DNA of 64,000 nt, taken from an uncultured Veillonellaceae bacterium. GTDB lineage: Bacteria; Bacillota; Negativicutes; JARBTT01. The stretch is from NCBI GenBank assembly GCA_963805085.1, contig CAWDTA010000003.1:1-64000 (forward strand), in the 5' to 3' direction. Position numbers and translations under genes: made by a program. Below are positions 28,324 to 38,608 of the stretch, piece by piece. Under the pieces are notes generated by a model. That model searched no databases, was not told the origin of the DNA, and saw only the letters and a list, made by a program, of their open reading frames with translations. The first letter of the stretch is position 1; the number at the start of each line of letters is the position of its first letter.

Positions 28324-30172
28324 AGAGCGGGAGCACTTGGGTATGAGCAAAGTAACGAGTGATCAAAATATTATGTATGATGGCAGCACGATGAAGGTAG
28401 TGAGCTTTGCTTGTCTCATCATTGTATTGGCTGTTGTTTTTACAGGTAGCATAAGTTATTTTATTACGCGTAATGCAGTTGTAGATAAGCTTAAATCACG
28501 GGATCTTGTTTATATTATTGAATCGGCAACAGCAAAAATTGACGGGAGAATTGCCCGCGCTCGCGAGACGTCTCTTCTTCTGGCGCGGGATTCTGCGGTT
28601 AACGAATGGGTGCTTTCAGGTGAAAAAAATGAACAATTGGGAAAGTATGCAAAAGATAAGCTTACAGATATGGCCCAAAGTTACGACTATGTTAATTCCT
28701 TTATTGTCAGTGCAGTAACAGGAAATTACTGGGCTGAAGAAGGTAGGCTACTGCAGAGAATGTCCGAAAATAATGCGGATGATTACTGGTTTTATGAAAC
28801 ACTCAAATCTGATAAAGCGGTAAGCTTGAATATTGATTATAATATTGGCAGAGACAATACCTATGTTTTTTTGAATGCGTTAATCGGGGATTTAAAACAT
28901 CCCAGTGGCATAGCGGGCGTTGGTTTGAGTCTTGCAGACATTGCCAAAGAATTTACAGAGTATAAGTTCGGTGAAAGTAGTGCCTTGTGGCTAGTGGATG
29001 GCAAGGGGAAGATTCATTTAGCGGATAGCGTAGAACAAAACGGTAAATATCTAAACGATTTTATGCCAGCGTCAGTAGCTGATCAAATTATTGCTGATAC
29101 GAACAGCCAGCAGACCCAACCACAAATATTGGAATATGTAAACGCAGCTGGAGAAACCGTTGACTTGGCGTATAAGAGAACTGAATCTACCGATTGGAAA
29201 GTGGTACTCCAAATCAAGCGTAGTGAAAGTATCGCAGTTTTAAAAACGATTAAACTGAATACAGCGATTGCCAGTTTTATTGCTGTGCTTATGATTACTC
29301 TAGTTTTTTATTTGGTATCGCGTAGAATTGCGAATCCACTCAAACGCGCCCTTTTACTTACGCAAAAAATGGAGCAGCAGGTAAAAGCGCGGACGAGTGA
29401 ATTGGCTGAAAGTAATGAGAAAATTATGGATAGCATTGAATATGCTCGACTGCTTCAGGAATCTATATTACCGACTTCCGAGGAACTTGAGGATGCACTT
29501 GGCTCTTATTTTGTACTTTGGCAGCCGCGTGATATTGTCGGTGGTGACTTCTTTTGGGTGAGGCGCGTGAGTGAGGAAAAGAGTCTGGTTGCTCTTGTGG
29601 ATTGTACTGGTCATGGTGTTCCCGGTGCATTTATGACGATGGCTGTGAATTCAGCTTTAAAACATATTGTTGAACAAAATTACACGGAACCGGCTCAGAT
29701 TTTATCAGAATTAAATTTGCAGATGAAGCAAATTTTGCATCGTAATCATCAGAAATCTTTTAATGACGATGGCCTAGATATTGCTATTTGTGCCATTGAA
29801 GGTCATTCACGGCTGAGTTTTGCTGGGGCTAAACTTTCACTTTATGTTAGACGAGATCAGGAAATCCATACGATACCAGGTGATCATAAGAGTATTGGCT
29901 ATAAAGCATCGCCTGAGACTTTGACCTTTACCAGTCAGAGTTGGGATATTGAGGCTGGCGATCAGTTTTACTTAGTGACAGATGGTTATATTGACCAAAA
30001 TGGTGGTAAAAAAAATTATTCCTTTGGTAAGAAAAATTTTATTACAGAAATTCTCGCGCAACGAGAAGCGGTAGCTTGTCAAGCAGCACATTTTGAGACA
30101 GTGTTGCGAAACTATATGGCAGATGAATCACAGCGTGATGATATTACTTTATTAGGTTTTTCTATTCGTTAG
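28310..30172 (+). CDS. siaA: SiaA-like membrane sensor with PP2C/SpoIIE phosphatase domain
   Basis: Two TMs around a Cache-like domain; PRDIVGGDF, DCTGHGVPGA, TDGYIDQ and QRDDIT motifs. Start uncertain. Confidence 0.85.
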   Translation: MMMNKEREHLGMSKVTSDQNIMYDGSTMKVVSFACLIIVLAVVFTGSISYFITRNAVVDKLKSRDLVYIIESATAKIDGRIARARETSLLLARDSAVNEWVLSGEKNEQLGKYAKDKLTDMAQSYDYVNSFIVSAVTGNYWAEEGRLLQRMSENNADDYWFYETLKSDKAVSLNIDYNIGRDNTYVFLNALIGDLKHPSGIAGVGLSLADIAKEFTEYKFGESSALWLVDGKGKIHLADSVEQNGKYLNDFMPASVADQIIADTNSQQTQPQILEYVNAAGETVDLAYKRTESTDWKVVLQIKRSESIAVLKTIKLNTAIASFIAVLMITLVFYLVSRRIANPLKRALLLTQKMEQQVKARTSELAESNEKIMDSIEYARLLQESILPTSEELEDALGSYFVLWQPRDIVGGDFFWVRRVSEEKSLVALVDCTGHGVPGAFMTMAVNSALKHIVEQNYTEPAQILSELNLQMKQILHRNHQKSFNDDGLDIAICAIEGHSRLSFAGAKLSLYVRRDQEIHTIPGDHKSIGYKASPETLTFTSQSWDIEAGDQFYLVTDGYIDQNGGKKNYSFGKKNFITEILAQREAVACQAAHFETVLRNYMADESQRDDITLLGFSIR

Positions 30173-30205
30173 CATTGGATATGCGAATGAAGGTGAGATG
30201 AGGTT

Positions 30206-31813
30206 TTGATGAAAAAAGAAATGGAAAAGCATTTGTTTGATGGTGAAGATCGGACTTTAGAAGAGGCACAGACTATGATTGCTCATACCACGGCTAATGA
30301 ACAGAAAATATTGGCGCCGTACTCACGGTTGACTAAAGAATATCAGAAGTTGTTGCGCATTACGAAGAAAGCTTTTTATATAAGTGATCGTCAGGGGAAA
30401 GTTCTGCAGAGGCAGCAAGCTGAGATGCAGAATTTACTTGATAATGCAAATCAAGGCTTTTTAACTTTTACTAGGGATTTGAAAGTTGGCCGTCAATATA
30501 GCCGGGAATGTATTCGGGTATTTGGTCAGAAGATAGCTGGTTTATCAATTACCTCTCTTTTAACGCAAGAAAATGATACAGATAAAATTAAATTAGAGAA
30601 AATTTTGTCGCAGGTTTTTGCTGAAAGCAATGCTCTTGCAGAGTCGTTACTTCAGCAATTTCCAGTGCGGTTTCGGATCAAGGACAGAGATATTCAGGTT
30701 GAATGCAAATTGCTTGAATCTGAGTTTGGTGATGAGCTTTTAATTATGATGATTTTGACAGACATTACGGAAAAATTATTAGCAGATAAAGAAATTCATT
30801 ATCTTAGTTATCATGATAAAATGACAGGGGTATATAATCGTGCTTATGTCGAGACAGTCTTACCAGAAATTGAAGGAGCCCAAACGATGCCAATCAGTAT
30901 TGTTATTATTGATATGAATGGATTGAAACTGGTAAATGATGTTTTCGGGCACCAACAGGGGGATACGCTACTAATTACTATTGCGAATATCATGAAAAAA
31001 TGTTGCCGACCAACTGATATTATTGCTCGCTGGGGCGGGGATGAGTTTTTGATCGTATTGCCACAGACGAGCGCTGGGGTTTGTCAAGAAATTTGTGAGT
31101 GCATTCAAGCTGCTTGTGCTCAAACAAAAGACAATCCAATCAAGGTTAGTGCGGCTATTGGTCGGACTACGAAAACGAGAGGGACTTTTCGCTTTCCAGA
31201 AATGTTTAGTGAAGCGGAGAGTAGGATGTATAGCGATAAGTTAGCTAAAAGAGCAGCCTTGCATCAAGGTTTTATTTCCAGCCTAGAAGGACTATTATAT
31301 AGTCAATGTTATGAAAATGATGGTCATGGCACTCGAGTAGAGCAGTTGACGTCTAAATTTATCGCTTTTTTAGGGCTGCCGTTGGAGCAGTCACAAATAG
31401 AGACTTTACTCCATTTGGCAAGACTACACGATATTGGTAAGGTAGCCATTAACAGTGATATCTGGGGACGCAGAGGCGTTTTGAGTGATGAGGAGTGGGA
31501 GATTGTGAAAAATCATAGTGATGTAGGGTATCGCTTAGCTAACTCTATTGGAAAAACTCCTTTGGCAGAGAATATTCTTTTACATCATGAATGGTGGGAC
31601 GGGACAGGATACCCTCATGGATTACTTGAAGAGCAAATACCACTTACAGTGCGAATATTTTCATTGATTGATATGTATGATGTTTTAACCCATGATCGTC
31701 CCTATCGGTCGGCGCTAGGAAAACAAGAGGCACTAATGGAAATTTCCAGTGAAAGTGGGACCCATTTTGATCCCACGCTTACCCAAAAATTTTTGGAGTT
31801 TATTACAGATTAA
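30206..31813 (+). CDS. SiaD-like coiled coil + PAS-like + GGDEF + HD-GYP protein
   Basis: EYQKLLRITKKAFYISDRQ, RWGGDEF, HDIGK and HHEWWDGTGYP motifs. Confidence 0.88.
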   Translation: MMKKEMEKHLFDGEDRTLEEAQTMIAHTTANEQKILAPYSRLTKEYQKLLRITKKAFYISDRQGKVLQRQQAEMQNLLDNANQGFLTFTRDLKVGRQYSRECIRVFGQKIAGLSITSLLTQENDTDKIKLEKILSQVFAESNALAESLLQQFPVRFRIKDRDIQVECKLLESEFGDELLIMMILTDITEKLLADKEIHYLSYHDKMTGVYNRAYVETVLPEIEGAQTMPISIVIIDMNGLKLVNDVFGHQQGDTLLITIANIMKKCCRPTDIIARWGGDEFLIVLPQTSAGVCQEICECIQAACAQTKDNPIKVSAAIGRTTKTRGTFRFPEMFSEAESRMYSDKLAKRAALHQGFISSLEGLLYSQCYENDGHGTRVEQLTSKFIAFLGLPLEQSQIETLLHLARLHDIGKVAINSDIWGRRGVLSDEEWEIVKNHSDVGYRLANSIGKTPLAENILLHHEWWDGTGYPHGLLEEQIPLTVRIFSLIDMYDVLTHDRPYRSALGKQEALMEISSESGTHFDPTLTQKFLEFITD

Positions 31814-31868
31814 AATATTGTTTAAGTCAGGACAAGTGTCCTGACTTTTTTAGTATGAGCCTATTAGA

Positions 31869-32777
31869 TTGCTTCAATCATTGAATAAAAATAAGCATAC
31901 AGTGAAAGGATCACTAAAAATAACCTACTGGAATTTTTGCACTTTCGGGCAGTTTATTTGTAGTATAATACATATGGATATTGTAGATATCCCGCAAGAT
32001 CTTAGCGATAAAAGAAATGAATTAAAAAAGAAAAAAGCTAAATATGAAACATATCTTACGATTGTCAATGATAAGCAAAATAATGACGGATCGTCGACAA
32101 TAAAAGATATAGAAGTTCTCCGCAGACTGTTTTCTGATGATGTATCAATGGAAAAACATGTGGATGAAATCATTGCACTAACTTTACAAGGTGGCTATGA
32201 TGGCATTGAAATCGATTATGAAAAAATATGGAAAGACGAAAGCATTGGTCAGTCTTTTTTGAAATTTGCTAATAAACTTTATGTGAAAGCACTGGATAAT
32301 GATTTGAAATTAAGGATTTTGCTAGAGCCGAGTACGCCGTTTTCTTCTGCTCAATTTTTCGAAGGGCCAGAGTATGTAGTGATGCTTTATAACCTTTACG
32401 GATTGCATAGCGACCTTGGGCCGAAAGCAAATAAGACCTTTATTTAGAAAACAATAACACGAATGGCAGGTTTGCCAGGTGAAAAATCAGTAGCATTTTC
32501 GACCGGCGGCTCTTTATGGGGTGACAACGGAGAAAAGAGATTAATAACGGAAGTGGAAGCAAGAAATCTTGCCGTGAAATATCACGCTGAAACGCAGCGT
32601 GATGAAGAAAGCCAATGCGTAATTTTTGATTATAAAGATCAAGGTGTTTCCTACCAAGTATGGTACGCTGATATAAAAACTTTAAATGATTGGATAACGA
32701 TTGCCAAAGAGCAAGGGGTAAATAATATCAGCCTCTGGCGTTTTGGGGGAAATATGAATCTCAATAAAGTATTATAG
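31869..32777 (+). pseudogene. glycoside hydrolase family 18-like fragment with internal in-frame TAG
   Basis: GYDGIEIDYE motif. TAG at 32445-32447 is followed in frame by KTITRMAGLPGEK...VWYAD...ISLWRFG. The 5' end looks truncated. Confidence 0.75.
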
Positions 32778-33011
32778 AAACTGTGCCTGACAGTTATAAA
32801 ATAATGAAAAATTTATAATAGAGCAAAAAAATCCAGCTGAACTTAGAATTCAGCTGGATTTTTTATGTTCTTTTTTATTTTGAGTTTAAAAAATGCAGGT
32901 ACAAGAATGTATATAAGTGAGAGGGGATGATTCCGGTGGTGTAGGAGTGTGAGTTGCTAAAACAAAGTTAAAAGTGTTGTGAGAAACTAAAAAATGGAAG
33001 AGGTAAGAATA

Positions 33012-34724
33012 ATGGAAAATCGTGTGATTACTGTGCCGGAAGGCATCATAAACCCAAAAATAGGAGAAGTTTTAAAGTCTAAGATGACTAATACTGAAGT
33101 TGCTTTGATGAAAGCAAGAGAAGATGCTTTAAAAAATCTAGCGGATGCTGTGGAACCAGCACCACTCGTGAATACGGATTCTGAAAAAGACAATAATTTG
33201 GTAACGGTAGATTTCAGTGAAAAAGCAAATAGTGCTGGGTTAAAAGAAATTCCGATGTTTCCGGTAGTCGGTTTAATCGGAAACACTTCACAAAAAGTTC
33301 TAAGTACTACCGCTGCTCAATCGGCACCAAAGGCTAATGCAGGTGGAAAGAATGCTTTATTTGCTGCACAAATGACTGCTGTTCAGTCTGTGCCAAATGC
33401 GGATCCAAATGGAGCTTATACAATCAATTTTGAAACCTATTATAATGACTCTATTGCGGTAAAAGGTGATCAGCGCTGGTATAACTTCCAGATCACTGAA
33501 AAGAAAAAACTGACCGTCTACATGTCACCAGTCGTAGATACAACGGTTGATAATGACTTGTACTTATTCAAATTGAATACGACTACGTATCAATTAGAAG
33601 CTGTTAGTCAATCTAAAAATAATGCTGGCGTATATGAATTATTGAGTTATATTGCCGATCCTGGTATTTACTACGTTTGTGTTTCAGCATATGCAGGTAC
33701 TGCCGCCAATACATTTGGTTTATTGGCAAGGGTGACAGATAAATGGGATGCTTATGAAGCCGATGATAGCATGTCGACGGCTCAGCAACAAGTAACAGGC
33801 AAGATTATGAAACGTACATTAGATAATGCAATTGATGAGGATTGTACGGTTTGGGGAGTAAGTACTGCAGGAAACTACTACATTAAATTTTTCGGTGTAC
33901 CTGATAAGTGTAATTATCAATTACAGATCCTATCTTCGGATCAGAGACTGCTGACAACTATACCGAAAAATACCGAACAAATATTAGCCAATGTTGCACA
34001 AGGTGGCTATTTTATTAGGGTTTTAGCACCAGATGGAGTAGTAAATCCAACTGCCGAATATGGGCTTGTACTCGTAGACATTCCTGCAGCAATAACAGAT
34101 ATTCAAAATGGATATACGTTTTGGGTAACAGAAGATGGAACACACTTTATCGAACGTATGCAGCCTGAGAATAAAACTTCTGTATTATTTATAGATAGAC
34201 AGCAATTTGATATTTACACAAAATTGGATATCAAAACTGGACGACCTATCGGTAATGGTACACATAACTGTAGCGGCAGAGTAAGCAGTGACAGCTTTAT
34301 TGGTGGACTTGCAATGGGGCGTTATGCGGGGTCAAAAATACCTTCGGCGAGTAATGGTTTGAACAATGCGCTTGCAATTTGTGCAAATGGGTACTATAGT
34401 TCTTATCACTGCATCCGAACTTATAATCTAAGCGATCTTGCAGGTGCAGGCAATATTATTACAGGGACAGATCAATTTGGAATGATGTACTATCAGGGAA
34501 CTTGGAGACATATCGATGATACTCCTAAACCTTTAACATTCATTGTCAATTTGGATACAGGTGAAGTAGCAGACTTGCTTTACACGAATTGGTTCTATGG
34601 ATTTAATGATCTTAGTCTTTATGGAGCATATGGTTCAAAAGAAAGTCCGGATCTTATCATTAGCGGCAAATGCCTTTGGAACCAAGTGTTGGATTGTGAT
34701 GGAAACTGGATGTCTATAAGATAA
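33012..34724 (+). CDS. hypothetical protein with two PPC-like beta-sandwich repeats and an unrecognised C-terminal domain
   Basis: DQRWYNF...DNDLYLF...PGIYYVCV and DAYEADD...NYQLQI...GGYFIRV repeats. No signal peptide seen. GAGGT RBS before 33012. Confidence 0.65.
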   Translation: MENRVITVPEGIINPKIGEVLKSKMTNTEVALMKAREDALKNLADAVEPAPLVNTDSEKDNNLVTVDFSEKANSAGLKEIPMFPVVGLIGNTSQKVLSTTAAQSAPKANAGGKNALFAAQMTAVQSVPNADPNGAYTINFETYYNDSIAVKGDQRWYNFQITEKKKLTVYMSPVVDTTVDNDLYLFKLNTTTYQLEAVSQSKNNAGVYELLSYIADPGIYYVCVSAYAGTAANTFGLLARVTDKWDAYEADDSMSTAQQQVTGKIMKRTLDNAIDEDCTVWGVSTAGNYYIKFFGVPDKCNYQLQILSSDQRLLTTIPKNTEQILANVAQGGYFIRVLAPDGVVNPTAEYGLVLVDIPAAITDIQNGYTFWVTEDGTHFIERMQPENKTSVLFIDRQQFDIYTKLDIKTGRPIGNGTHNCSGRVSSDSFIGGLAMGRYAGSKIPSASNGLNNALAICANGYYSSYHCIRTYNLSDLAGAGNIITGTDQFGMMYYQGTWRHIDDTPKPLTFIVNLDTGEVADLLYTNWFYGFNDLSLYGAYGSKESPDLIISGKCLWNQVLDCDGNWMSIR

Positions 34725-34789
34725 TAATCAATAAAGACAGGTGATCAATTTTGATTACCTGTTTTTATTGTAATAAATTGTAAAAAACA

Positions 34790-34818
34790 TTGTAAAACAA
34801 AATTTGGAAGAGTATAAT
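34790..34818 (+). promoter_or_regulatory. sigmaA-type promoter TTGTAA-17-TATAAT for paralogue 1
   Basis: Spacing counted directly; lies downstream of a terminator hairpin at about 34731-34768. Confidence 0.6.
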
Positions 34819-34859
34819 TGTAAATGTGATAATTATTTCCATATCAAGGAGGAATTGCA

Positions 34860-35858
34860 ATGCAAGGAGTGGCAAATCAGCGTACGATTCATGCACAGCA
34901 CAGTTATGATTATTCGGTTTCGCAAATAAAAAATCCGAAAAGTCATCAAGTTTTAGGCTGGCAGGTTGCTGTTACTGGACAAGGACAGGGCAGCAGTCAG
35001 ACAGGAGCTTCAGAGGAAAATCCTGCTTATATACTACAGATATCGAATAAAGATGAGAATGGTAATGACGTATTAAATCAGTTTTATAAAGACAATGGAA
35101 TTAACCCTGACAATGTAGATCAAACAAAATTAGAAGTTCATCAGGTAGATGAAGAGGCTAATAGAATTGCATGTAAACCGCTAGACGATGCTGAAGGAAA
35201 AGCTTTTTTAGGAGGCTATGTAGAAAATCAAATTAAAGCTATGTTAAATCCGTTTAGCAAGTATGCTGATGCTAAAGATAATTTTGAATACCAGACTCAT
35301 CAGCTTTGTATAGCTTTAAATGGTTATTCACAATTTTTCGGATCCGATACAAGTTATTATAAAGAATTGACAGATAAACTGGATACCATAGATCCTGATC
35401 ATCAGAATAGTGTTGTCAGCTATATCAAGGATTTAATTGGTATATCTGCCAGTGGGCAACGAATTGGGTATGACGACAAACAAATAAAGACAGCTGGGAA
35501 AGCATTTGATGACTGTTTTGGCGGACTTAGTCTAGCCGATGCCAAGAAAAAAGGAAATGAAACCAGCAAAGCATTTACTAAGGCATTAGGCGAGTCTTCC
35601 ATAGATAAATTTATGAGGATATGGTCAGAGTCAAAATCGACAAAAGAAATTATGAATGATCTTATTAAAGCATTTAATCTGTCCGATAAAGAAGATACAG
35701 CGAAAACGGCTACATCGACCTCAGCATCAGATGTAGGTCTGCTAGCCAACCAGCAAACCTCGAAAGCCACCGATGACGAAAGCAACGAGCAGATGGCGAC
35801 GTTAAGGAGACAATTGGATGAAACACCTGTAGGAAACGTCGTTGATGTAGAAATGTAG
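34860..35858 (+). CDS. hypothetical protein, tandem paralogue 1
   Basis: AAGGAGG RBS; homologous end to end with the next two ORFs. Confidence 0.9.
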   Translation: MQGVANQRTIHAQHSYDYSVSQIKNPKSHQVLGWQVAVTGQGQGSSQTGASEENPAYILQISNKDENGNDVLNQFYKDNGINPDNVDQTKLEVHQVDEEANRIACKPLDDAEGKAFLGGYVENQIKAMLNPFSKYADAKDNFEYQTHQLCIALNGYSQFFGSDTSYYKELTDKLDTIDPDHQNSVVSYIKDLIGISASGQRIGYDDKQIKTAGKAFDDCFGGLSLADAKKKGNETSKAFTKALGESSIDKFMRIWSESKSTKEIMNDLIKAFNLSDKEDTAKTATSTSASDVGLLANQQTSKATDDESNEQMATLRRQLDETPVGNVVDVEM

Positions 35859-36176
35859 TATTGCTATGTTTCTGCAGTATCAAAAGAATCCTAATTTTGA
35901 ATAAATAATGATAGGTGAAGAGTGATAGATGGTGTCTATTGCTCTTTTTTACTTAAATTCAATGCGTTGTTTTAGATATAGTAAAAATTGACATTTATTT
36001 TACATAAGAAATTTTTGTAAAATAATACTTATAAAATATGGAAAAAATTCGATATAACTAATATAGGATATATTAATATTTATGTAATATTATGGTTTGG
36101 TAGTGAATGAAAAATAAATTTTTTTATTGTATGCCACAACTGAATACAGAAATTTCCATATCAAGGAGGAATTACA

Positions 36177-37175
36177 ATGCAAGGAGTAGCAAATCAGCGG
36201 ACGATTCATGCACAGCACAGCTATGATTATTCGGTTACGCAAATAAAAAATCCGAAAAATCATCAAATTCTAGGTTGGCAGGTAGCTGTTACTGAACAAG
36301 GACAGGGCAGCAGTCAGACAGGAGCTTCACAGGAAATTCCCGCGTATATACTACAGATATCCAATAAAGATGAGAAGGGTAATGACGTATTAAATCAGTT
36401 TTATAAAGACAACGGAATTGATCCTGATAATGTAGATCAAACAAAATTAGAAGTTCATCAGGTAGATGAAGAGGCTGATAGAATTGCACGTAAACCATTC
36501 GATGATGCTTATTCACAAGCTTTTTTAGGCGGTGATATAGAAAATGCAATTCATGGGATGTTAAATCCGTTCAATGATTACCAAGAGGCTTGGCGTAATT
36601 TTGGTGGAGCTGCTCAGGAGCTTACATATGCTTTAAATCATTATGAACAAGCTTTTGGGACAGATAATAGCTATTACAAAGAATTGATAGAAAAGCTGGA
36701 TACCATTGACCCTGAACATAAGAATAGTGCTGTCCTTTATATCAAAGATATGATCAGTAGATCTGCTGGAGGAGAACATCTTGAATTTGATGTATTTGGT
36801 GCACAAATGAAGGACGCTGGACAAGCATTTGATGACTGTTTTGGTGGACTTAGTTTAGTCGATGCCAAGAAAAAAGGAAAAGAAATGGCTAAAGCATTTA
36901 CTAAGGCATTAGGAGAGTCCTCGGTAGAAAAATATTTTGGGATACTGTTAAAGTCAAAATCAATAAAAGAAATTACTGAAGATTTTATTAAAGAACTTAA
37001 TTTATCCAAAAAAGAAGATACACCCCAAAAGGCTGAATCTCAATCAGATATAGGTTTGGTAGCAAATCACAAAGCATCACAAGCTAACGATGGCGAAAGT
37101 AACGAGCAGATGGCGATGTTAAAGAGACAATTAGATAAAAAAACTGTTGGGAGAGTTGTTGATGTAGAAATGTAG
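36177..37175 (+). CDS. hypothetical protein, tandem paralogue 2
   Basis: Same MQGVANQRTIHAQ start, VVDVEM end and RBS. Confidence 0.9.
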   Translation: MQGVANQRTIHAQHSYDYSVTQIKNPKNHQILGWQVAVTEQGQGSSQTGASQEIPAYILQISNKDEKGNDVLNQFYKDNGIDPDNVDQTKLEVHQVDEEADRIARKPFDDAYSQAFLGGDIENAIHGMLNPFNDYQEAWRNFGGAAQELTYALNHYEQAFGTDNSYYKELIEKLDTIDPEHKNSAVLYIKDMISRSAGGEHLEFDVFGAQMKDAGQAFDDCFGGLSLVDAKKKGKEMAKAFTKALGESSVEKYFGILLKSKSIKEITEDFIKELNLSKKEDTPQKAESQSDIGLVANHKASQANDGESNEQMAMLKRQLDKKTVGRVVDVEM

Positions 37176-37484
37176 AATTGCTATGCTTCTGCATTATCAA
37201 AAGAATATTAATTAATGATAGATGAAGAGTGATAGATAGTGTCTATTGCTCTTTTTTACTTATATTCAATGCGTTGTTTTAAATATAGTAGAAATTAACA
37301 TTTATTTTACATAAGAAATTTTTGTAAAAATATACTTATAAAATATGGAAAAAATTCGATATAACTAATATAGGATATTTTTAATATTTATGACATATTA
37401 TGGTCTAGTATTGAATGAAACATAAACTTTTTTATTGTATGCCACAACTTAATACGGATATTTCCATATCAAGGAGGAATTACA

Positions 37485-38489
37485 ATGCAAGGAGTAGCAA
37501 ATCAGCGTACGATTCATGCACAGCGCAGCTATGATTATTCGGTTTCGCAAATAAAAAATCCCCAAAATCATCAAATTTTAGGCTGGCAGGTTGCTGTTAC
37601 GGACAAAGGCCAGGACAGCAACCAGACAGGAGCTTCACAGCAAAGTCCTGCGTATATACTACAGTTGTCGAATAAAGATGAGAATGGTAATGACGTATTA
37701 AATCAGTTTTATAAAGATAATGGAATTGATCCTGACAATGTAGATCAAACAAAATTTGAAGTTTTGGATGTAAATGATGAGGAATCTAAAATTGAACGTA
37801 AAGTGTTCGATGATGCAGGGTGTAAGAGTATGACTCAATACTGGATAGAGACCTCAATTAACAACATGCTAAATCCGTTTGATGGTCAAAAAAACGTGCA
37901 AGGAGCTAAAGAGGCGTTTGAATTTTCGGCGCAGTTTCTTAGCAAGAGGCTGAATGAGTTCTCAGAAGGCTTCGGATCCGATACAAGTTATTATAAAGAA
38001 TTGACGGATAAACTGGATGCCATAGATCCTGATCACAAGAATAGCGCTGTCAGCTACATCAAGGATTTAATTGGTATATCTGCCAGTGGAAAACGAATTG
38101 AGTATGACGATAAACAAGAGAAGGCCGCTGGACAGGCATTTGAGGAATGTTTTGCTGGACTTAGTCTAGCCGATGCAAAGAAAAAAGGGCGAGAAACCAG
38201 TAAAGCCTTTACTAAGGCTTTAGGGGAGTCCTCGGTAGATAAATTTATGAGGATATGGTCAGAGTCAAAATCGACAAAAGAAATTATGAAGGATCTTATT
38301 AAAGCGTTTAATCTATCCACAAAAGAAGAAGATACATCAAAAACATCAAAATCAACAGCAGATGTTGATCTCTTAGCAAACCAGCAAACAGCACAAGCCA
38401 CCAATGATGGAAGCAACGTGCAGATGGCAACGTTAAAGAGACAGTTAGATAAAAAACCTGTTGGAAGCGTTGTTGATGTAGAAATGTAG
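37485..38489 (+). CDS. hypothetical protein, tandem paralogue 3
   Basis: Same MQGVANQRTIHAQ start, VVDVEM end and RBS. Confidence 0.9.
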   Translation: MQGVANQRTIHAQRSYDYSVSQIKNPQNHQILGWQVAVTDKGQDSNQTGASQQSPAYILQLSNKDENGNDVLNQFYKDNGIDPDNVDQTKFEVLDVNDEESKIERKVFDDAGCKSMTQYWIETSINNMLNPFDGQKNVQGAKEAFEFSAQFLSKRLNEFSEGFGSDTSYYKELTDKLDAIDPDHKNSAVSYIKDLIGISASGKRIEYDDKQEKAAGQAFEECFAGLSLADAKKKGRETSKAFTKALGESSVDKFMRIWSESKSTKEIMKDLIKAFNLSTKEEDTSKTSKSTADVDLLANQQTAQATNDGSNVQMATLKRQLDKKPVGSVVDVEM

Positions 38490-38520
38490 TATTGGATGAG
38501 AGTGATTTATGCATATAATT

Positions 38521-38574
38521 TAAACAACTAAGAGCCACCTACTCAAACTAAAGTAGGTGGCTCTTAGTTGTTTA
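38521..38574. terminator. bidirectional terminator (long perfect inverted repeat)
   Basis: TAAACAACTAAGAGCCACCTACT / AGTAGGTGGCTCTTAGTTGTTTA between convergent genes. Confidence 0.8.
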
Positions 38575-38608
38575 TAATCTGTGATTTGGTTAGTTCTATA
38601 ATACTAAT

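Larger units (their letters stand above)
34835..38489 (+). repeat. about 1.31-kb tandem repeat, three gene copies and two homologous spacers
   Basis: Spacers 35859-36176 and 37176-37484 align, including the terminator AAGAGTGATAGA...TCTATTGCTCTTTTTT. Confidence 0.9.

Noticed and set aside
32445-32447. In-frame TAG in the GH18-like gene as possible pyrrolysine or read-through
   Set aside because: The gene also appears 5'-truncated and no pyl genes are in the window; a nonsense mutation is simpler.
36030-36056. Sigma28-like promoter (TAAA...TTCGATAT) in both triplet spacers
   Set aside because: The spacing is 12 nt rather than about 15 and the -10 is imperfect; not enough to call.
34860-38489. 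Triplet as a diversity-generating retroelement target
   Set aside because: No reverse transcriptase is in the window, and the differences include indels and all bases rather than adenine-specific changes.
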